Assembly: GCA_963422265.1 (NCBI GenBank)
Contig: OY729416.1
Location: forward strand, 1-64,000
Source of the DNA: Thermodesulfobacteriota bacterium
Lineage (GTDB): Bacteria; Desulfobacterota_D; UBA1144; Nemesobacterales; UBA2774
DNA length: 64,000 nt
Reading direction: 5' to 3'
Part shown: positions 9,594-17,960 of the stretch, in pieces
Position numbering within the stretch: the first letter of the stretch is position 1
How the letters are laid out: each line of letters starts with the position of its first letter
The notes under the pieces: model-generated
Database searches by the model: none
What the model was told of the DNA's origin: nothing
Seen by the model: only the letters and a program-made list of their open reading frames with translations
Made by a program: the position numbers and the translations under genes

Positions 9594-9785
9594 GGATGTA
9601 TGAACTGTGATTCTTAGGATGGAGTGAGGGGCTGTGATGGAAAGGATAAAGGACAAATCCCCCTGTATCCCCCTTTTCTAAAGGGGGATAGATAAGGGAG
9701 AAGCCCTCACTCTGTGTCCCTCTCCCAGGGGGAGGAGACAGAGGAAGGACGAGAAGACATAAAAGACAAGAGGAGGATATAGAAG

Positions 9786-10334
9786 ATGGGATTTGAATTA
9801 AAGGAATTGAGTGCGGAAGTATCCGAAGAGGTAACGATTTTTCCTTACAAGGATATATCCGAAGAGGAATGGGGGACGTATATCAATAAGGAGAATAAGC
9901 GCGTGCCTATAGATAAGCGGTGGCGGAAGGTAGGGTTTGTATATCCATATCCTACTACTGGGCGATTGAGGAAGTTGCGGACGATGCAGTCCTCTTGGAA
10001 TGAGAAGGGGGGCATTGTGCTTGGGGATCCGATGAAAACGGCTAAGTACGTGTCTCACAATCTGATCAAAAAGGTTGTTGTTGAAGAAGCAGGGGGAGAG
10101 ACAAAGGGATACGCTATGGACGAGGGGCATAAGGAATGGTTGTATGGGGAGTTGCGGAAGTCGGAGTTTTTGTTTGCGGGTTCTTTTTCACAGTATTTGA
10201 ATGAGGGTAAGGTGCTAGAGGAGGAGGAAGAGGAGGAAGAGTCGGTTTTTTTGAGGTGCTCAGGGGATACTACGGCAAGCGAGAAGCAGGGGTTGTCGTC
10301 AACGTTGAGGGAGAAGAACGGCGATACGCGGTAG
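9786..10334 (+). CDS. Tail assembly chaperone (G-like)
   Basis: GAGGAGG SD; acidic run before a slippery T TTT TTG site; lies upstream of the tape measure. Confidence 0.6.
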   Translation: MGFELKELSAEVSEEVTIFPYKDISEEEWGTYINKENKRVPIDKRWRKVGFVYPYPTTGRLRKLRTMQSSWNEKGGIVLGDPMKTAKYVSHNLIKKVVVEEAGGETKGYAMDEGHKEWLYGELRKSEFLFAGSFSQYLNEGKVLEEEEEEEESVFLRCSGDTTASEKQGLSSTLREKNGDTR

Positions 10335-10780
10335 AGGGGCTGAGGCGAGCGATTGAGAGGCTGGAGAGACGGACACAGTCTCTATCAAATCCCCCTATAT
10401 CCCCCTTTTCTAAAGGGGGAGAAGAAAGGGAAAAGGATCCTCTCTCTGATTCGGCAAGCTCATTAACTGAGGGAGAGGCGGAGCTTGAGGCACTAGTTGA
10501 GGCGGAGCGGGAGTTGGAGTCGCCGCTAGCAACGTTGCCGTATCATCGGCAGGAGTGGATCAAGGTATGGCAGTTGTGTCAGACGCAGCGATACGGGCAG
10601 GGTATGACAATGGGGACGTTGATTCATTCAGAGATATGGAACAATCTGCGTATGTTGGGATACGAGGGGCATGAGAAGGAGCGGGCATTTAGGGTTACGC
10701 TTGGAATAGATGAGGTGTTTAGAGAGTATGCGGAGAGGGAAGAGAAGAGGAAGGAAGATCAAACAAAACAGGACAGGTAG
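10247..10780 (+). CDS. Tail assembly chaperone -1 frameshift extension (GT-like)
   Basis: The -1 frame is open from the T7 run (10246-10252) to TAG 10780; WQLCQTQR...GM motif typical of second TAC domains. Confidence 0.6.
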   Translation, partial: FFEVLRGYYGKREAGVVVNVEGEERRYAVEGLRRAIERLERRTQSLSNPPISPFSKGGEEREKDPLSDSASSLTEGEAELEALVEAERELESPLATLPYHRQEWIKVWQLCQTQRYGQGMTMGTLIHSEIWNNLRMLGYEGHEKERAFRVTLGIDEVFREYAEREEKRKEDQTKQDR

Positions 10781-11131
10781 CTACTGGCTAAAGGGGGTAT
10801 TGAGCAAGGTAAGGTCAATGTTTAAGTTCAGGTTATTCCAGCCTCTTTTTCTCATTTCCACATTGACGAGGTTATTTATTTTCGTAGATGCATCGGGGCT
10901 AGCATTTCCAAGCGCCCGTAGCGTTTCGCGTGGAAGGTTTTGGGGGTTCAGAATGTCTTGCACATTTTCTACAATCGCTTCGTATTCCCCGCGCGTAAAC
11001 CCCTTGGGGGTCTCCCAGACAAAGTTTTTGAGCACACGAATCGGTGGCTTGGGAGTCCTTTCTTTACAGAACAAGCTGAAAAGTAGGTACACCAAAATCG
11101 CTAGAATAAATCCGGAGCCGCTTAAATCCAT
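10781..11131 (-). CDS. Counter-oriented hypothetical membrane-anchored protein (moron-like)
   Basis: 116-aa ORF with N-terminal hydrophobic helix; fills the gap between TAC and tape measure. Confidence 0.55.
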   Translation of the reverse strand: MDLSGSGFILAILVYLLFSLFCKERTPKPPIRVLKNFVWETPKGFTRGEYEAIVENVQDILNPQNLPRETLRALGNASPDASTKINNLVNVEMRKRGWNNLNLNIDLTLLNTPFSQ

Positions 11132-11178
11132 AGCTCAAGTCTTCCATAAAACGATAAAGAAAGCAACGGGGGTGGCAC

Positions 11179-14100
11179 ATGTCTTTTGATCTCCGGGGTT
11201 TGACTATGCAGGTATCGGTGGATAAGGCTGGGTTGAAGCAGGCTGAGCGGGCGGTAGTTCGTATAGGCAAGTCCGCTAATGATATGGGTAAGGCATTTGC
11301 GCGTGAGAACCGTAAAATTCAGCGACAAGTTGGGCTAACTACTCACGAAATGCGCGGACTGGGGAACGAGGTAAAGCGGACGAGCAGTGCTATGGGCAGG
11401 CTAGGAGAATCACTCGGGTCGCCGTTCAAGTATGGTTTGCCTCAGATGCAGGCGTATAGCGCTGCGCTACGCGGGCTGTCCAGTGCAGTGCGCGGGGCGG
11501 TTGGGGGAGCGGTGCAGTTTGAGAAGAGCATGAGCAAGATTACTGGGCTCGTTGGCGTAGCGCGGGAGCAGGTACAGGCTTGGGAGGGTGAACTAGAGAG
11601 GATGTCGGTTTCCTCAGGACAGTCCCTAGCAAAGGTGTCCGAAGGGCTTTTCTTCGTAACCTCGGCGGGTTTGCGCGGGGCGACCGCGATAGAGACGCTG
11701 GAGGCAGCTACGAAGGCGGCGGCTGTGGGGCTTGGTGACGTGGGAACGATCGCAAACGCAACTACTAGTGCGGTGAACGCTTATGGTGCAGAGGCGCTTA
11801 GCGGGTCACGGGCTACGGACGTCTTGGTGGCGACTGTGCGAGAGGGTAAATTGCAGGCTGATGAGCTGGCGGGCTCGATCGGGACGGTGATACCTATCGC
11901 ATCGAAGATGAACATAGAATTCCATGAGGTAGGTGCGGCTATGGCGCTGATGAGCAGGACGGGGACGGACGCGGCGACTGGGACGACCCAATTACGTCAG
12001 ATATTGAACTCGCTAATAAGCCCCAGCGCAGAGGCGGAGAAGGCTATGAAGGGTCTGGGCGTTTCGGCACAGGGATTGCGAGAAACCTTTGGTGGCGGGC
12101 TTCTGGATGGATTGCTAGAGCTCAAACGGCTTACTGAAGAATACGGTGAGGAGACGCTAGCCGAGCTGTTCCCTAATATCCAGGCGTTATCGGGTTTATT
12201 TGATCTACTCGGAGGAGACATTGAGGAGACCAAGCGTCTTTTTGGAAGCGTTCGCGACTCCGCGGGAGACACATCTCGCGCTTTCAAAAACATGGAGGGA
12301 GACGTCGGACTTCTGTGGGATCAATTAGATCAGCACCTGAACGTGGCGCTGACTAATCTAGGAAAAACAATCCTGCCTGTGTTGAACAAGGGACTAGAGG
12401 GGATGATCTCCTTTTTTGATGGGAAGCCCGACGAACGGGCAGCCGATTTTGCGGCGTCTCTCGCTTTTTTGGGCTCGCAGGCGTCTAAAGCCAATCCTGA
12501 GATTGCTGAGTTCAATCGTATAGCGTCTGAGTCCACACTCCCGCAAGGGCTCAAAGACCTTTGGGCAGTGGTGGCTACGCCTCCGGACACGTCAGCGTGG
12601 GTGCAAGCGGCAGAAAAGCTTGCGGACGCTAGAAAGAAAATGCGGGAGGAGATAGAAAAAATACGCTCTTTGAAGCAGATTGCGGAAGACCCGAGCGCAA
12701 CAATGGTCGGGGGAGATGTCGCTCTAAGCGAGCCGGCACCCGCAGCTTCTCCGACCTCTCCTAATATCCCATCGGCACCGTCTATCAGCCCAGCGGAGTT
12801 GGAGCGAATCGCGGAGCTGAACGCCAGCCTGAGCGAGCAGAAAATACACCTAGAAGAACAATTCAGGGCGTTGAGCATGTCGGCGGCGGAGCTCATAGAG
12901 TTTGAGCGCACGTCCAATATTGCGAAGGGGGCGAGTGAGGAACTGGCAAATGCGGTAGCTAAGCAGAAGCTAGCGATGCTGGGGGCAAAAGAAGAGGCGG
13001 CTGAGCTGAAGGGCGTCCTGTCTGAGCTAGAAAAAATACAAAAAGCAAACGAGCGGGCGAATGCCGATGCCGACCCGGTGGGGAGGCTGAAGAAGCAGGA
13101 GCAGGCGGAGAGGTTGGCTTTGCGTAAGGCATTGAATGCTGGGTTGATTTCCCGTGAGGAATGGGTGAAACAGCTATCGTGGGTGGAGAAGCGCTATGCG
13201 GATATGATAAAGGACGCAACGGACAAAGGGATGAAAGACTCTGCGCGGGACTCTCGCGTGCAGCGCGTTCTATCGGATGGATTTGCGGAGAGTATGCGAG
13301 GGGCTTTTATGCGCATAGGTAAGGACGGGGGGATAAAGAAGACAATCTTGGGGTTATTCGGCGGGATAGGGCAAGCTATGCGGTCTGGGATGTTGGATCA
13401 GGTTAGCATTGGGGCGAGTGGATATTTTGAGAGGTTTTCAAAGAGCGCCGAAACGGGATTTAACGATAGTTTCAAGCATCTTAAAACCCTCTTTAAGAAG
13501 GATATAGCTCCAATGTTTAAGGATGCGTTCAAGGGCTTTGGCGACAAGTTTAAGGGTGTAGGCAAGTTTTTCCAGCGCGTGCCTGTAGCGTCTATCGCAA
13601 CATCTGCTATGGGCGTATATCAAGGGATAAAGTCAGGGAATAAGCTAGGAAGCGCTCTAAGTGGTATGGGTCTCGGGGCGTCGATTGGGACGGCGATAGT
13701 TCCTGGGATAGGGACAGCGATCGGGGCGGTTGTAGGCGCAGTAGGTGGGTTCGTAGCGAGTCTATTTGGCGGAAAGAAAAAGAAGGAGAAGCAGATCGCC
13801 TTTCATATAGAAGAGATGGTAAGTGGACGTCTAACGCAGGCGGGGGATATGATAGACAAGGGACTGTCCGATGCGGTCTATGCTTGGGATCCTAAGCGGG
13901 CGAGTGGATGGGGAGAAGGTGGGAAGCACGCACGAGCTACAGAGAAGACGTTGCGTAACACGTGGACTGCGGTAATAGAGGAAATTGAAGCTATAATGAC
14001 TGCCCTTCCTGTAGATGTATTCTCCCGTGTGGGAGACGTTAGAAGAGCAACGCTGACTCGCACTGGGAGACTTCCTGGGGATGAAGGGCAGAGGGAGTCG

Positions 14101-16863
14101 GAAAGGACTATGTTGAGCTTTGATAGGGACAATAAGGATTGGAAAAAGATAATGGCGGATTGGGAACGCTTTCTTAAGGGATATTCGGGGAATATCCTTA
14201 CGTCTCTTGAGAACTACTGGGTGGACTCACTAACAGCGATGGGGTTTGGGGTTGCGAAGAGTCTTGCTAGCCAAATTGTAGGGGGTTTGGGTTTTGAGAG
14301 AGTAGATAAGAGCGTTTATACGCGAAAAAACGAAGCGAAAACGAAGGGTCTTGCTAGCCAATTTGGACTCTCTGGCACGCAGGCTTGGGTAAATGAGCAA
14401 TTAGCATCTATTGACGCTCTTGAGGGAGAGGCGAGGGCGGCGGAGGCTAAGAAGTTCTTAGAGAATGTAAATACCGTAGTAGAGGCTTTCAATATACTAG
14501 AGGGGAATACGGGGATTAAGGGGGCAATTGCGCAGATAACTAACCTTACTGCGAGTATAGGCGGTATGGCTACCCTGCAAGGCGGTTTCCCCGTGCTAAA
14601 AGAGATACACGATAGGATGAGGGAGTTATTTGAATTAGGTGACCATAAGAACCTTAGGAAGCTAATAGAACTCAGGAAGGCATTACTAGACGTTCAGAGC
14701 CAGATGATTGGCACGGTGTCGTCTATGTTGACCACGATGTCATCAATAAGCGATAGGCTAGTAGAGCTGGGCTCATCGCCTATAGACACGAGGCAGTATG
14801 CGATGCAGTTGCTTGAGCATATACAGGGGGTGCTCAATCAGCCAGAACTAGACCCTGACAAAAGAATACAATTCCTAGAGCAATTCAAGCAGGTTCTGGA
14901 CTTTATGTATCAGGAAGAGCGGAAGATAATAGAGGCGAGGAAGGAAGAGCTTGAAGGGTTCAGAGACGTGCTTGAAAGCATACAAGACGTATCTGACTCG
15001 CTGAAGAATACGAAGCTCAAGATACAAACGGACTTTGAGGGGGTGCGGACGAAGCCGGAGCAGATTGGTCTTATAAAGGCGCAGATTAAGTTTCTGGAAG
15101 ATAATCTGCCGAGTTTAGACACGGAGCATCAAAAGGAGAAGGGGAAAGAATTGGAGAGCTTGTATCAGCGTTTGTATCAAAGGACGTTAGAGGCGTTCGG
15201 GACTCAAAGCTCTGAGCTTTATACGACTTATGAGCAAGTGATGAAGGGGCTGTCTGGATTATCTGACTACTTTAACGTAGAGGATGAGTTGCTACGTGTA
15301 ACTAAACTGATTGAAGAGCATACTAGGAACACGGGAATAAATACGCTACAGACTAAGAGCCAGATGATTGAGGCGGTAGCTGCATCTGGATTAACGAAGG
15401 ATAAGGTGGTTGAAGTAACGAAGGCAGTGCAAGCGTTAGACTTCTCTACCATAGACATAAAGTCAGCTCAGTTCACGAACTTACTAAATAAGATTGGTTT
15501 AACCACCGCTGAGGTGACGAAGGTGATGACTGCCGTTAATGCTGTAGCTGCTCAAGAGAGACTCACCACTGCAGAGGTGGTAAAGGCAGTCAGTGCGGCA
15601 GGGCTAACTAAGCAAGCGATAGACGCAGTAAAGAGTGTGATTGCGACGCCAGCCATAAACAGTAGGCGGACACAAGGTGAACTAGAGTGGTTCGCAAATG
15701 TATTCAAGAGAAGCATCCCCAAGTTTTGGGATAAGTATATACAAGCACATTTCATAGAATATAAGAGACAAGGCGGAAGCTTGGCAGATATGCTGACGTT
15801 TATACACGGAACGCCAGCACCTGCTGGTTTAGATGATGCGACCTGGGGACAAAGACAATCAAGATATGACAAATGGCTACGAACTAATTGGCTAGACTTA
15901 CTATCTATGAGTTACCAGCCTCCACTTGCTTACGACTCAGATTGGAAGATATGGAATCCCGCTCCGGGGGGTATGACAGATGCGCAACTTACGCAGTTGT
16001 TAGAAGCTGCAGGCTTAACCACGGCGCAGATAAAGGCGGTAAAGTCCGCGGTAGATAGCAGTAAAACATCTATAAAGGGAGTGTTGACAGAGAACAAAGA
16101 TTTAATAGATGATGTAAAGACAGAGACAAAGGGAACTAAGGAGGCCTCTTTAAGTATTCAGAATAATACGTTTCAAGGACAACAAGATTTACTACGTCTT
16201 TACAAAGACTTCGGTCAAAAGTATTTCCTAACCGTAGTAACCGCAATAGATGCTATGCATAAGACGCTAGCCAGTGTAGGAGACAAGCTAGTTCCTCCCC
16301 CTACCCCGATTCCTAAACCTGTAGAGCGACCTACTGCAGATGATAATGCAGCATTAAAAAATGCGTTAATAGCGGGCAGTAGATCAGGAGATTGGTATGT
16401 TAATACGATAAAACCTGCACTAGCTCTATTCAAAAGAATTGGTGGGACAATGCAACAAGCAATAGATATTGTAAATTCTGTGCCACGTCCCACAGGAACT
16501 AAATGGGCTGATGACTGGTTTCACCGTCTAGGTTCGCAGGCTAGTATGCGTGCGTTTGTTACTAGGAATTGGGATAGTTTTCATACAGGCGGTTTAGTGC
16601 CTAAGACGGGGACGTATCAGCTTTTGAGTGGGGAGCGGGTACTGAATACGGAGCAGGCGCGGAGATATGGCGGCGCAGACGCGGAAGCGGGGAGCGTGAA
16701 CGTGGGAGGGATACAGGTAACTATTCACGCTGAGGGGGCGCAGAGTGAACCGCAGGCAGTTGCCGATAGCATAGAGGATATGTTGGTGCGGACGTTCGAG
16801 GACAGTGGACGCGTAAGGAAGGCGGTAAGGAGAACGATGCAAGGGGAGTTTGTGAGGCAGTGA
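11179..16863 (+). CDS. Phage tail tape measure protein (TP901-family core)
   Basis: 1894 aa; FEKSMSKI, FFVTSAG, DVLVATVREGKLQADELAGSIG and AATGTTQLRQIL motifs; Gly-zipper TM segment; C-terminal FHTGGLV...GERVLN. Confidence 0.93.
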   Translation: MSFDLRGLTMQVSVDKAGLKQAERAVVRIGKSANDMGKAFARENRKIQRQVGLTTHEMRGLGNEVKRTSSAMGRLGESLGSPFKYGLPQMQAYSAALRGLSSAVRGAVGGAVQFEKSMSKITGLVGVAREQVQAWEGELERMSVSSGQSLAKVSEGLFFVTSAGLRGATAIETLEAATKAAAVGLGDVGTIANATTSAVNAYGAEALSGSRATDVLVATVREGKLQADELAGSIGTVIPIASKMNIEFHEVGAAMALMSRTGTDAATGTTQLRQILNSLISPSAEAEKAMKGLGVSAQGLRETFGGGLLDGLLELKRLTEEYGEETLAELFPNIQALSGLFDLLGGDIEETKRLFGSVRDSAGDTSRAFKNMEGDVGLLWDQLDQHLNVALTNLGKTILPVLNKGLEGMISFFDGKPDERAADFAASLAFLGSQASKANPEIAEFNRIASESTLPQGLKDLWAVVATPPDTSAWVQAAEKLADARKKMREEIEKIRSLKQIAEDPSATMVGGDVALSEPAPAASPTSPNIPSAPSISPAELERIAELNASLSEQKIHLEEQFRALSMSAAELIEFERTSNIAKGASEELANAVAKQKLAMLGAKEEAAELKGVLSELEKIQKANERANADADPVGRLKKQEQAERLALRKALNAGLISREEWVKQLSWVEKRYADMIKDATDKGMKDSARDSRVQRVLSDGFAESMRGAFMRIGKDGGIKKTILGLFGGIGQAMRSGMLDQVSIGASGYFERFSKSAETGFNDSFKHLKTLFKKDIAPMFKDAFKGFGDKFKGVGKFFQRVPVASIATSAMGVYQGIKSGNKLGSALSGMGLGASIGTAIVPGIGTAIGAVVGAVGGFVASLFGGKKKKEKQIAFHIEEMVSGRLTQAGDMIDKGLSDAVYAWDPKRASGWGEGGKHARATEKTLRNTWTAVIEEIEAIMTALPVDVFSRVGDVRRATLTRTGRLPGDEGQRESERTMLSFDRDNKDWKKIMADWERFLKGYSGNILTSLENYWVDSLTAMGFGVAKSLASQIVGGLGFERVDKSVYTRKNEAKTKGLASQFGLSGTQAWVNEQLASIDALEGEARAAEAKKFLENVNTVVEAFNILEGNTGIKGAIAQITNLTASIGGMATLQGGFPVLKEIHDRMRELFELGDHKNLRKLIELRKALLDVQSQMIGTVSSMLTTMSSISDRLVELGSSPIDTRQYAMQLLEHIQGVLNQPELDPDKRIQFLEQFKQVLDFMYQEERKIIEARKEELEGFRDVLESIQDVSDSLKNTKLKIQTDFEGVRTKPEQIGLIKAQIKFLEDNLPSLDTEHQKEKGKELESLYQRLYQRTLEAFGTQSSELYTTYEQVMKGLSGLSDYFNVEDELLRVTKLIEEHTRNTGINTLQTKSQMIEAVAASGLTKDKVVEVTKAVQALDFSTIDIKSAQFTNLLNKIGLTTAEVTKVMTAVNAVAAQERLTTAEVVKAVSAAGLTKQAIDAVKSVIATPAINSRRTQGELEWFANVFKRSIPKFWDKYIQAHFIEYKRQGGSLADMLTFIHGTPAPAGLDDATWGQRQSRYDKWLRTNWLDLLSMSYQPPLAYDSDWKIWNPAPGGMTDAQLTQLLEAAGLTTAQIKAVKSAVDSSKTSIKGVLTENKDLIDDVKTETKGTKEASLSIQNNTFQGQQDLLRLYKDFGQKYFLTVVTAIDAMHKTLASVGDKLVPPPTPIPKPVERPTADDNAALKNALIAGSRSGDWYVNTIKPALALFKRIGGTMQQAIDIVNSVPRPTGTKWADDWFHRLGSQASMRAFVTRNWDSFHTGGLVPKTGTYQLLSGERVLNTEQARRYGGADAEAGSVNVGGIQVTIHAEGAQSEPQAVADSIEDMLVRTFEDSGRVRKAVRRTMQGEFVRQ

Positions 16864-16954
16864 AGTGTCTGAACTGTGATTAGATCAAATCCCCCTGTAT
16901 CCCCCTTTGCTAAAGGGGGAGAAGATAAGGGATAGGCTTGGAGGGAAGGTAGAA

Positions 16955-17824
16955 ATGGCGCAGGTAAAGATAGCAAGAAGATTTATTCAGAACGTCAGCA
17001 TGTTTTTTGAAGCGACGCTGGACGGCTATCCATTCTCTAATGCCCTTGATATAACAGACCCAAACAAACAGGCGAGGTTGTGGAGTGATGACGCATCAAC
17101 CCTCGCCTCTTGCACAATCAAACTACCTGACGCCGTTACGCTTGATGATAACGAAGCAGCTCACTTCTATTTTGACCACTGTAATTTTAGACGAGTAGGA
17201 CTCAGCAGGCGTGGAACTAACATCGTTGGCTCGCCAATGAGACATGAATGGATGATTAGCGCCAACGTTGACCCTGCCGTTAATCCAAACATATACAGAG
17301 ACCCGGTTCAAGGCGTTTATAGGGGAGTTGTAACCCTGCCTAGGACTAATCAGGAATACTTTAGCATTGGAATCCACATGCCGAACAATACGAGCTATCC
17401 GCAGTCTCCTGTGGACGGAGAAAGCTACTACCGCATAGGGTCACTGGCAATTATTAGGGATAACGACTTAATAGAGGTGGATGCGCAGTTAACGTATCCG
17501 TATCGCGTTAAGCTCCCCGATACGAACGTTGTGGAGACGCGTTTTGCTGATGGTGGTGTAAGACGAACCAAGATAGCGTCCATTACTCCGATGCGTTTTA
17601 GTCTTGGGGTAAATACTGGTGTGGAGCAGAACATCGCAGGGAACGGGGTAGAACAGTTGTTTGATTTGTTCAGGGACCCTACGGATATACTATACATAGA
17701 CTTGGGAATGGAGCCGTGGCAGAAGTATTTGGTGCGGCGGGTTGGGGAGTTACGGGCAGAGGTAGTATCGCCTAGGACGGGGACTGTGGACTTTGGGGAG
17801 ATGACCTTTGAGGTGGTGATATGA
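16955..17824 (+). CDS. Putative distal tail protein
   Basis: Follows the TMP; ATG 16955 after GGAGG-like SD (track start lies in a repeat); ends MTFEVVI as Dit-like proteins often do. Confidence 0.5.
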   Translation: MAQVKIARRFIQNVSMFFEATLDGYPFSNALDITDPNKQARLWSDDASTLASCTIKLPDAVTLDDNEAAHFYFDHCNFRRVGLSRRGTNIVGSPMRHEWMISANVDPAVNPNIYRDPVQGVYRGVVTLPRTNQEYFSIGIHMPNNTSYPQSPVDGESYYRIGSLAIIRDNDLIEVDAQLTYPYRVKLPDTNVVETRFADGGVRRTKIASITPMRFSLGVNTGVEQNIAGNGVEQLFDLFRDPTDILYIDLGMEPWQKYLVRRVGELRAEVVSPRTGTVDFGEMTFEVVI

Positions 17825-17960
17825 TGCTTTGCGCCCTCATCCTGTGTCCATCTCCCAGGGGGAGAGGGGGTCTGAACTGTGATTTGTGGGATGGAGTGAG
17901 GGACTGTGATGGAAAGGATAAGGAACAAATCCCCCTATATCCCCCTTTGCTAAAGGGGGA

